DNA of 24,371 nucleotides from a virus (lineage: Duplodnaviria > Caudoviricetes). Shown here piece by piece: positions 16,857 to 24,371 of the stretch. The stretch covers positions 1-24,371 of IMG/VR virus record IMGVR_UViG_3300023109_003548, one strand, 5' to 3'. Every line of letters begins with the position of its first letter. The stretch's first letter is position 1. Both the position numbers and the translations under genes were made by a program. Under the pieces are notes generated by a model. That model saw only the letters and a list, made by a program, of their open reading frames with translations. It made no database searches and had not been told where the DNA came from.

Positions 16857-17927
16857 ATGAATATTGTATTAACCGCGAGTTTTGATAAAGGTCTTTTTTG
16901 CAATGGTTTACAGCAAAACATTGTATTTCTAGCAGAATTAATAAAGGATATTGGGCATAACCCTATTATTGTATTAAATCATAATATAGATAAGTGCGTT
17001 GACCCTCCAGCAGGTATACCCATTATGGAGAGAAAGGAGATGTGGGATCTTGATAAAGTGGATTATATTCTTCAGACAGGATGGGTTGTTTCCAAAGAGG
17101 ATATAGATTTACTTAAAGCTAAAAATTCAAATTGCAAGAATATACATGTCCATTATGGAAATAGGTTGCTGGCAGATATAGAGCAATCCAAGTGGGACAA
17201 TGTATGTATTGATAATTATAAAGTTGACGAAGTGTGGGTTTCTCCTCATTATGAATTTTCGTTTGCATATTTTAAAACGTATTACAAAACTCAAAAAGTT
17301 TTTGAATTACCTTATATTTGGGATGATAAATATATTAAGATTCATGCGGAAATTTTTAAGCAGGCCGGTTTTGGTTGTGAATATAATCCAGAGCAAGAAA
17401 AACGTATTGGAATAGTAGAGCCTAACTTAAATATGACAAAAAATTGTATTCCTTCTATTTTTATCGTCGAAGAGTTAATGAGTGAATATGAAAATTTATT
17501 TGAAGATGTAACCGTCTATTGCTCTGGGTCTATAAGAGATAAAAAGTATTTTCGTTCGTTAATGTGGAATTTAGATATAACTAAAAAAGGTAAAATAACA
17601 TTCGCTGATAGGAAAAAGATAAGTTTGATTTTCGCAAAAGAATGTAATGTGATTGTTTCTCATCAATTACTTAATGCGTTAAATTATACATATCTCGAAG
17701 CTTTATATTTTAACATACCACTCGTACATAATTCCGAGTATATAAAGAGCGCGGGCTATTATTACCCAGATTATGAAACCCAACTAGGGGCAAAGGCTTT
17801 ACATGAAGCGTTAACGTTTCACGATAAAAATTTAGAACAATATAAAAAATCTGCGCAAGAAGTTTTGCACAGATACTCTCCAAAAAATGAACTTGTAATA
17901 GAAAGGTATAAAAAATTATTTGTATGA
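16857..17927 (+). CDS. DUF2827-like putative GT-B glycosyltransferase, paralog 1
   Basis: FCNGLQQNIVFL, VWVSPH, PYIWD, EPNLNMTKNCIP, SHQLLNALNYTYLEALY..PLVHNS, GYYYPD. ATG at 16857 is preferred over TTG at 16848. Confidence 0.75.
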   Translation: MNIVLTASFDKGLFCNGLQQNIVFLAELIKDIGHNPIIVLNHNIDKCVDPPAGIPIMERKEMWDLDKVDYILQTGWVVSKEDIDLLKAKNSNCKNIHVHYGNRLLADIEQSKWDNVCIDNYKVDEVWVSPHYEFSFAYFKTYYKTQKVFELPYIWDDKYIKIHAEIFKQAGFGCEYNPEQEKRIGIVEPNLNMTKNCIPSIFIVEELMSEYENLFEDVTVYCSGSIRDKKYFRSLMWNLDITKKGKITFADRKKISLIFAKECNVIVSHQLLNALNYTYLEALYFNIPLVHNSEYIKSAGYYYPDYETQLGAKALHEALTFHDKNLEQYKKSAQEVLHRYSPKNELVIERYKKLFV

Positions 17928-19018
17928 AAATTGCTATAACTTTAGATATGTCGGTAGCCTTTTGGGCTAATGGAATGCAGCAGAATATAGTTTTTCTGTA
18001 TAGCCTGCTTAGTAAAGCGGGAAACGATTGTTATTATGTAACGTTTAAGCCTCCGTCTCACGAACTTCAAAAAGATCATAAGGGGATGCTGCTGGATGAT
18101 ATGCTGAAAGATAAAAATGAAGTTTTTGATGTAGTGATCGTAGCTGGCTTTGATTTGCTTCCAGAAATGTATGACGAATTAAAGAAAAGGAATCCTAACT
18201 TAAAAATTATACTAGTTCATTTTGGTAATAAACTTATGGATGATATTCATTATGGTATTTGCAATATTAAAAGTGGCAAACAACCTCTTCAGAAACCGGA
18301 TAGATTAGATCAGGTTTGGATATCTCCTCACCACGCATTTTCAAAAGAATATATCAAAACATATTATGATACAGAAAATGTATTTGTCGCCCCTTATATA
18401 TGGGACAATTTCTTTGTGGATCAAAAAATAAAAGAACTTAAAGATAGAGATTTAAGCCCTGATTTTAAGCAAAAAGAAGTTAGTAATGTTTGTATATTCG
18501 AGCCAAATATATCTCATTTAAAGAATTGCATTATACCTTTAGCTATTTGTGAAAGATTTAATAAGATTTTTCCAGAAGAACTTGGTAATGTAAATGCTTT
18601 TGGGTGCAATAAAATTAGGGATAATGTTTTCTTTCAGAAACTAATGAATAAATTTGAAATAGTTCAGAATACAAAAAAATGTTTTTTTAATAATAGATGG
18701 GGTTCATTGGATGCTTTAAGTAAGTTTGGCAGTACAGTAGTTAGCCACCAGTTTTATAACGAATTGAATTACTCTCATTTCGAGGTACTGTATCTAGGGT
18801 TGCCATTAGTTCACAACTCTCCGAGGTTAGAAAATGTTGGATATTATTATCCGGAATTCGATGTTGAGATGGGAGCCAAGCAATTAAAAAATGCAATACA
18901 AAATCACAGTTCTACAATTAATGCCTACAAGAAAGATGCTGAAGAATTTTTGAAAAACTTTAGTCCGCACTCCGAAGATAATATTAAAGGTTATATTGAA
19001 TTGCTGAAACATGAGTAA
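17924..19018 (+). CDS. DUF2827-like putative GT-B glycosyltransferase, paralog 2
   Basis: WANGMQQNIVFL, VWISPH, PYIWD, EPNISHLKNCIIP, SHQFYNELNY..FEVLY.GLPLVHNS, GYYYPE. ATGA overlap with paralog 1. Confidence 0.75.
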   Translation: MKIAITLDMSVAFWANGMQQNIVFLYSLLSKAGNDCYYVTFKPPSHELQKDHKGMLLDDMLKDKNEVFDVVIVAGFDLLPEMYDELKKRNPNLKIILVHFGNKLMDDIHYGICNIKSGKQPLQKPDRLDQVWISPHHAFSKEYIKTYYDTENVFVAPYIWDNFFVDQKIKELKDRDLSPDFKQKEVSNVCIFEPNISHLKNCIIPLAICERFNKIFPEELGNVNAFGCNKIRDNVFFQKLMNKFEIVQNTKKCFFNNRWGSLDALSKFGSTVVSHQFYNELNYSHFEVLYLGLPLVHNSPRLENVGYYYPEFDVEMGAKQLKNAIQNHSSTINAYKKDAEEFLKNFSPHSEDNIKGYIELLKHE

Positions 19019-21638
19019 AGTAGCTTATATATTTTTTGGACAAGTTAAAAATTTTGATGAGAAACAGTATGAGGCATTTGAGCAAAATGTAGGTAGTAAG
19101 TTAAAGGGTCATGATGTTGATTATTTTTTAACCACTAGTAAGTGCGGAAGATATACTAGCCCTAGACAGGAAAACTCTGAAGGTAATAATGTAAATATAA
19201 ATTACAGAAGCATTGAAAAGTATTTTGATTTCAAAAGAATTTTTTATGACAATGAATCTAGGGATAATAAAGAAAGTATTGATTCGCTTACAGATCAATT
19301 AATTGATTTCGGCGAAGCCTGGGGTGAAAACTCTAAGATTTCAACAAAAAATTCTCTTAAACAATTGTATGGATTAGAGTATTTTTGGAATAATTTTAAG
19401 CGCATTGCTTCTGAATATGATGTTTTTATTTTATCGCGATGCGATTTGTTTCACACTCATTCGTTTGATATTAATTGTTTGAATGAGGATGTGGATTTAT
19501 TAACTCCATATTACGATGTATTTCCTAAAATAGATTACGGTCAATTTGGCGGCTTGAATGATAGATTTGCTGTCGCGAAAAATATTCTTGCTCTCGCTAT
19601 TTATTGTTCAAGATATTCTGCTATTAAAAAAAATCCAGAATACTATCACGCAGAAAAATACTTAAAGCAACACGTCGAGCGATATAAATTAAATCTTGGT
19701 AAATTGCATAATTTTTTATTTTGTCTTCATCGCGCTAATAATCAGGTATCTGACTTTATAGGAATTGAAAATGATCAGCACATGAATACAGATCTGAATA
19801 AAATAGACAAAAGTTATGTCATAAATCTTGATAGAAGGTTAGATCGGTTGCACCATATATATAAAAATACAGGTTTTTTTACTCAAAGGTTTTCCGCCGC
19901 TGACGGTAAAACTATAGAAGTAAATGATGAAATAAAAACTCTATTTCCAAAAACATGGAGTTCTAGAAGTAAGTCTGAAATATGTTGTGCACTAAGTCAC
20001 TATAGATTATGGAAGAAATTAATAGAAGATAAAAATGCTCAAAATTATTTAGTATTAGAGGATGATGTTGTTTTTGAAAAAGGATTTGTTAAATTCTGGA
20101 ATCAAGTTTTTAGCAAGCATATTCCTGAGGATTATAATTTAATATATCTTGGGGGATGTCAGCCGTGGAATAAACCTCAATACCATGAAGTTTTAAAGCC
20201 TCACAATGATTACTTTAACAATATAAAAAACAATAACTTCTTTTCTGAGGATGATCATTTTTGGCATATGACTACATGCTCTTATATTGTTAGTAAGAAT
20301 GCTGCAAGTCTTATGTGTCAGTATATTCAACAATTCGGAATGGAGAGGCCTTTAGATTTTTTTATGCTTCGCTTTTTTGATCAGAATAAATTGTTTTCCG
20401 CGCCAACTTCTGTATATCACTTAAATCCATTAATGACATATCAACTTCATGAAGAAGGAGGTAATATCGAAGTAGATGAAAAATCAGACATAAGAAATGA
20501 TAAAGCAAGATTTGCCGATAATGGAATAACAAAAATCATTCACCAAAGCTGGAAGGATAAAAATATTCCATATCATATTTATAAAAAGCATTGGGTTGAT
20601 TCTTGGAAACAGAAAAATCCAGAATGGGATTATAGACTTTGGACTGACGAAGATAACTTGAATCTGGTTAAAAATCATTATCCTCAATATCTCGATTTGT
20701 ATAATTCATACGAAAAGGGTGTTGATAAAGCTGATATTGCTAGATTCTTTTATATGCACAAGTATGGAGGTATATATGTTGATTTAGATTTTAGATGCCT
20801 AAAGCCGTTGGATGAATTGTTTGATGGAGAGATAATGGTATTGGGTAAGCAGAAAATGAAACAGACTGGCGAGGAGATTGATGAAAATGTAATACCTAAT
20901 GCATTTAAATATTCTGCGCCAGGAGAAAAATTTTGGCTTGATTGCGTAGATTTACTACATGAATATAAATATGATGCACATGGTAATCACACATCTCCAG
21001 AAGTTGCTACAGGCCCAGTGTTTTTATTGAGGTGCCTTGAAAGACTTGAGCCTAAGAACATGAAGATTCTGGAGCCTGAAATATTTTATCCTATTAGTTG
21101 GGATACAGATGGTTCTGCCGCCAAGAATTCAATAAGAGAGGAGTGGGATACGAGTGCAGAAAAATGTTTCCCTGAGGCTTATGCTGTTACATATTGGACT
21201 TGCGCATGGAGAGAGAATTCGGCTGTTCACGCTGAAAAGAAGAAAAAAATGATTATATTATCTGATGATTTATTTGAGGAAGATTTTATTGATGAGTTGT
21301 TTGGTGGCGTTGAGTATGATAAAATATTTGATCCGAAAATGCAAACTGTGCAAGATGGTAGTATTGTTGTATATAGCGATATATTTTCAAAAAATTTAAA
21401 CGCGTACCCCGAAAAGCATAGGAATTTTTTAAGCGATAGGCAAAAGCAGTTTCAAGAGTATTTTGATAAATGTAATAATTGTATCTTAATTCATCTTAGT
21501 GATGAACATTGCCACGCAGAAATAGGTCATTATGAAAACTTTAAACATGTATTTCGACAATATTATAGAAAGGATGCGGTCGCAGATAATGTAACTTTCA
21601 TTCCTTTGGGGTACAAAAAGGGATTTTGCGGTGAATAA
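19011..21638 (+). CDS. Multidomain glycosyltransferase: putative GT-A + GT25 + GT32 + N-terminal half of an exostosin/RXYLT1-like GT
   Basis: N-terminal FFGQVK..YDVFILSRCDL..GGLNDRFAV. GT25 from about 19782 (YVINLDRRLDR, CALSHYRLW, LVLEDDV). GT32 from about 20523 (KIIHQSWK, WTDED, ADIARFFYMHKYGGIYVDLD). C-terminal unit from about 21249 (LIHLSDEHC, VFRQYY, IPLGY). Confidence 0.85.
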   Translation: MSKVAYIFFGQVKNFDEKQYEAFEQNVGSKLKGHDVDYFLTTSKCGRYTSPRQENSEGNNVNINYRSIEKYFDFKRIFYDNESRDNKESIDSLTDQLIDFGEAWGENSKISTKNSLKQLYGLEYFWNNFKRIASEYDVFILSRCDLFHTHSFDINCLNEDVDLLTPYYDVFPKIDYGQFGGLNDRFAVAKNILALAIYCSRYSAIKKNPEYYHAEKYLKQHVERYKLNLGKLHNFLFCLHRANNQVSDFIGIENDQHMNTDLNKIDKSYVINLDRRLDRLHHIYKNTGFFTQRFSAADGKTIEVNDEIKTLFPKTWSSRSKSEICCALSHYRLWKKLIEDKNAQNYLVLEDDVVFEKGFVKFWNQVFSKHIPEDYNLIYLGGCQPWNKPQYHEVLKPHNDYFNNIKNNNFFSEDDHFWHMTTCSYIVSKNAASLMCQYIQQFGMERPLDFFMLRFFDQNKLFSAPTSVYHLNPLMTYQLHEEGGNIEVDEKSDIRNDKARFADNGITKIIHQSWKDKNIPYHIYKKHWVDSWKQKNPEWDYRLWTDEDNLNLVKNHYPQYLDLYNSYEKGVDKADIARFFYMHKYGGIYVDLDFRCLKPLDELFDGEIMVLGKQKMKQTGEEIDENVIPNAFKYSAPGEKFWLDCVDLLHEYKYDAHGNHTSPEVATGPVFLLRCLERLEPKNMKILEPEIFYPISWDTDGSAAKNSIREEWDTSAEKCFPEAYAVTYWTCAWRENSAVHAEKKKKMIILSDDLFEEDFIDELFGGVEYDKIFDPKMQTVQDGSIVVYSDIFSKNLNAYPEKHRNFLSDRQKQFQEYFDKCNNCILIHLSDEHCHAEIGHYENFKHVFRQYYRKDAVADNVTFIPLGYKKGFCGE

Positions 21639-22869
21639 AAAATACATCTGGTGTTTTATGGGGCAGGTTCATGCCCAAGGCGAGAGGGCCGAAATGATTA
21701 ACGCTCTCAAGGAAACTAACGGTGAATATTATTGCAATGTAAATTCTGCTTGGCAGTCAGATGATTCATTAAGCACTAAGGATTATAAAAAAATATTAGA
21801 GCAATCTATTTTTACTCCGTGTCCCCGCGGGAACAGTAGTGTTGATACTTTTAGATTATACGAAGCGATAGAAGCTGGATCAATACCTGTTGTGGTTAAG
21901 GACGATTATTGGAGCGATTTGCTTGGAGAAAACCATCCATTCATTCAGGTATCCAATTGGAAGAAGGCGGCGGCAGACATAGAGTATCTAAGTAAGCAGG
22001 TTAATTGGCAGGAAGATTACTCGAGTAAACTGCGCGATTGGTGGAAAGAATATAAAAGTAATATTACTGTAAAAATTAAAAACATAATCGACGAACCGAA
22101 TAAGCCTAATAATAACCTAAAAACAAAACAACAACAATTCATTCAACTTAAAGATCAATGGCAGAATTTTAAAGATTATGATATATTTAAATATCTTTGC
22201 TGCGAAATGAAAGAAGTTGATTCGAGTGATGAAAAATTTAGCGTTTATAATTCTGGAAAGAAAATTGCGATAGTAAGTTTATATACTCCAGAGATCGCAG
22301 ATTACGCACAGTATTCCGAGAGGAGTATTAAAGATTATTGCGAAAAACAAGGTTATACTTTTTATGTATATCGCGAGAAGCTTGACGCAAATGCACATGC
22401 AAATTGGTCAAAAGCGCGCGCAATACTAAATCACTTTGATGATCACGAAGATATTATATGGATGGATTCTGATACGGTTATATTTAATCCCGAAAAACGA
22501 TTTGAAGATATTTTATCTAAATGCTCATCAACCAAAAAAATTATAGCATGTGAAGATATCGGCAATAATTCTATGCTTAATAGTGGAATTGTTATTTTTA
22601 GAAATCATAATTATACAAAGAATATAATAAAAAAATGGATGAACTTTAATGGCAATAAATCCTCATTATATGCAAGTGGAGGAGATCAAGAAATATTGTG
22701 CGACGTATTAAAAAAATCAGATGGATTTGGATTTAATCGAAAAATATTTAAAATGAATGAATTTAATACAGATCCAAGATTATTGAACGAAGATACATTT
22801 ATATTACATTTTATGGCCTACCCTTTTGAACTTAAAAAAATATTCATTCGCTATTTTGTTTCTAGTTAG
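21631..22869 (+). CDS. Two-domain glycosyltransferase: C-terminal half of an exostosin/RXYLT1-like GT + GT34 (GMA12/MNN10-like)
   Basis: KYIWCFMG..R..M, Y..IL.QSIFTPCPRGN..DTFRLYEAIEAGSIPV. From about 22258: YCEKQGY, WSKARAI, IIWMDSD, LNSGIVIFRN, DQE, FILHF. GTG start with AAGGGA upstream. Confidence 0.82.
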   Translation: MNKKYIWCFMGQVHAQGERAEMINALKETNGEYYCNVNSAWQSDDSLSTKDYKKILEQSIFTPCPRGNSSVDTFRLYEAIEAGSIPVVVKDDYWSDLLGENHPFIQVSNWKKAAADIEYLSKQVNWQEDYSSKLRDWWKEYKSNITVKIKNIIDEPNKPNNNLKTKQQQFIQLKDQWQNFKDYDIFKYLCCEMKEVDSSDEKFSVYNSGKKIAIVSLYTPEIADYAQYSERSIKDYCEKQGYTFYVYREKLDANAHANWSKARAILNHFDDHEDIIWMDSDTVIFNPEKRFEDILSKCSSTKKIIACEDIGNNSMLNSGIVIFRNHNYTKNIIKKWMNFNGNKSSLYASGGDQEILCDVLKKSDGFGFNRKIFKMNEFNTDPRLLNEDTFILHFMAYPFELKKIFIRYFVSS

Positions 22870-22879
22870 AGCGATGATC

Positions 22880-22894
22880 GTGTATAGAATATAC
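22880..22894 (+). promoter_or_regulatory. GTGTA motif promoter candidate
   Basis: GTGTA-TAGAATATAC-ATG(22895). Confidence 0.6.
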
Positions 22895-22918
22895 ATGAGA
22901 AAAGTCGTCGTAAAATAA
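22895..22918 (+). CDS. Putative 7-aa leader ORF (MRKVVVK)
   Basis: The ATG sits at the position dictated by the GTGTA motif. The stop is 15 nt before the fibre gene ATG. Confidence 0.35.
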   Translation: MRKVVVK

Positions 22919-22933
22919 AACCTTTAATAAATC

Positions 22934-24371
22934 ATGGCACAAAATCAAGTATATTTAATCAAAAGCGGAGATGGTTCTTTTATAGAAGAAACAGAAGCAA
23001 TAATTGGAATTAGCGGCGGCAAATTAGGCGTTGGAACAACTGCTCCTGAAGCGAGCTTACATGTCACTGGTGACGTTAAAGTGGGAGGAAACCTAAGCGT
23101 AGATGGAACTTTAACCACGATTAACAGTAACGAAATTACTGTAGACGACAAAAATATTGAACTTGGAAGCGTAGATAGTCCAACTAATATTACTGCAGAT
23201 GGAGGAGGAATTACTCTTAAAGGCACGACAGACAAAACAATTACCTGGAGTAATGCTACAGACGCATGGGAATTTAGTGAGCATGTTAGGCTTGCTGATA
23301 ATATGCAATTTCAAGCTGACCAATTAAGAGCTAGAGATGTTGGTGGATTAGTTGTCGGAGATGATGCGGGAAATGGAATTTTTATTAAAGACGGTGGTCA
23401 AGTGGGTATCAATCAAACATCTCCAGTTTATGATTTGGATGTTGTTGGTAGCGGTAACTTTTCCGAGGGTTTGTATGTTCAGGGTAATTCGGTATTAACT
23501 GGATCTGCATCTGATCTTGGCAAATGGCAAGAAGGAGCTGAAGTTGGAGAAATTTATTATACCGCAGGAAACATCGGAGTTGGCACAGAGAATCCCAGCT
23601 CAAAATTACATGTAATTGGAAACACTTTATTGAATGGCAGTTTAACTGTAGCGGGAGAAACTGGAAAGTTTGACGTCTCTGACTTTAGAATTTCAGGTAA
23701 AACAATCAATTTAAACTATAACGGTGCAGATGCAGGATTTGATGCTGGATTATATCTTCAAACAAATGCTGGCGAAGAATATATAAAATATAATAATTTA
23801 AACGATGCATGGGTATCAAGTAAAAATATTGAAATTGATGATAATTATGGATTAAAGTCTCAAAAGATTTCCGCGAAAGATTCTGGCGGAATTAGAATAG
23901 AAGATGACGCAGGAAACGGTATCGAGTTAAAAGACGGAGGAAATCTTAGTGTTGAGAATGATCTTATTGTTTCTGGAAACTTGAGGGTTGAAGGAACACA
24001 AGTTATTGTTAATACGGAAACATTAAAAGTTGAAGATCATAATGTTGAAATCGCTGCGAATACCGGTTCGGAAACTTTGGTTGATGCGGGAATTACATGG
24101 GGAACTGGAGATGAGGTTTCTTTAACTTATACAAATAGCGAAGGATTTTCATTTTCCGGCAGAGACTCTGATTCTATTTCTTTTAATGGAGCTAATCTTG
24201 GGAAATGGCAAGAAGGAACTGAAGCTGGAGAAATTTATTATAATGACGGAAACGTTGGAATAAAAACCGATAATCCAGGTTACGACTTGGATGTTAATGG
24301 TACAATAGGAGCCCAAGATGGAGCTTTCTCTACCAGTTTAACTGTTGGCGGAAACAATGTACTAACTGGAA
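22934..24371 (+). CDS. Tail fibre / long repeat-rich virion fibre protein, 3' end runs off the window
   Basis: Not in the ORF track. Open to the window end: MAQNQVYLIKSGDG...GKLGVGTTAPEASLHVTGDVKVGGNLSVDGTLTTINS..TVDDKNIELG..ADGGGITLKGTTDKTITW. Repeated GNVGIGT..P...LxVxG units. Confidence 0.85.
   Translation, partial: MAQNQVYLIKSGDGSFIEETEAIIGISGGKLGVGTTAPEASLHVTGDVKVGGNLSVDGTLTTINSNEITVDDKNIELGSVDSPTNITADGGGITLKGTTDKTITWSNATDAWEFSEHVRLADNMQFQADQLRARDVGGLVVGDDAGNGIFIKDGGQVGINQTSPVYDLDVVGSGNFSEGLYVQGNSVLTGSASDLGKWQEGAEVGEIYYTAGNIGVGTENPSSKLHVIGNTLLNGSLTVAGETGKFDVSDFRISGKTINLNYNGADAGFDAGLYLQTNAGEEYIKYNNLNDAWVSSKNIEIDDNYGLKSQKISAKDSGGIRIEDDAGNGIELKDGGNLSVENDLIVSGNLRVEGTQVIVNTETLKVEDHNVEIAANTGSETLVDAGITWGTGDEVSLTYTNSEGFSFSGRDSDSISFNGANLGKWQEGTEAGEIYYNDGNVGIKTDNPGYDLDVNGTIGAQDGAFSTSLTVGGNNVLTG
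23514..23561 (+). repeat. 48-bp intragenic direct repeat, copy 1
   Basis: ATCTTGGCAAATGGCAAGAAGGAGCTGAAGTTGGAGAAATTTATTATA. Three mismatches to the copy at 24195-24242. Confidence 0.9.
24195..24242 (+). repeat. 48-bp intragenic direct repeat, copy 2
   Basis: ATCTTGGGAAATGGCAAGAAGGAACTGAAGCTGGAGAAATTTATTATA. Lies 681 bp (in frame) from copy 1. Confidence 0.9.

Noticed and set aside
21611-21638. Programmed -1 frameshift at C AAA AAG fusing the two GT ORFs
   Set aside because: The downstream ORF is in the +1 frame. A -1 shift reaches TGA within a few codons.
15372-23603. ORFs 15372-15557, 17200-17415, 20484-20687, 22945-23235, 23111-23323 and 23409-23603
   Set aside because: They are alternate-frame or antisense shadows of the portal, GT and fibre genes.
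1-24371. Eukaryotic giant virus origin, suggested by eukaryote-like GTs
   Set aside because: DnaB, a DnaG-like primase, a RecA-like recombinase, a probable portal, sigma70 promoters and overlapped operons indicate a bacteriophage.
1-24371. Stop-codon reassignment
   Set aside because: TAA, TGA and TAG all terminate full-length genes at tight junctions, and coding density is near complete under the standard bacterial code.
1-24371. tRNA genes, intrinsic terminators, introns or inteins
   Set aside because: Intergenic gaps are too short and show no GC-rich hairpin plus U-tract. The helicase, recombinase and primase are of normal length with no intein motifs seen.

Overview
AT-rich, gene-dense segment of a large tailed dsDNA bacteriophage genome with two divergent arms meeting at about 14.3 kb. 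All three stop codons are used, so the code looks standard. The left arm (minus strand) carries a membrane coiled-coil protein, a RecA/UvsX-like recombinase, a Vsr-like nuclease, a DnaB helicase, a DnaG-like primase, a Cas4/AddB-like exonuclease and a Nudix hydrolase. These are followed by a glycan cassette: PLOD-like GT, GT31, fukutin/LicD-like phosphotransferase, methyltransferase, GT32, TagD, gmd and fcl. The right arm (plus strand) carries a probable portal, a small probable virion protein, two DUF2827-like proteins, two multidomain glycosyltransferases and the start of a repeat-rich tail-fibre-like protein. Two things stand out. First, there is a phage-encoded glycosylation system of about 11 transferase domains, several resembling enzymes of the animal alpha-dystroglycan and collagen pathways, including an RXYLT1/exostosin-like enzyme split between two multidomain proteins. 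Second, there is a two-class, essentially leaderless promoter grammar (sigma70-type -10-N6-start and GTGTA-N9-11-ATG) that accounts for every intergenic gap longer than 3 nt. All family calls come from motif recognition by eye; no database search was run.
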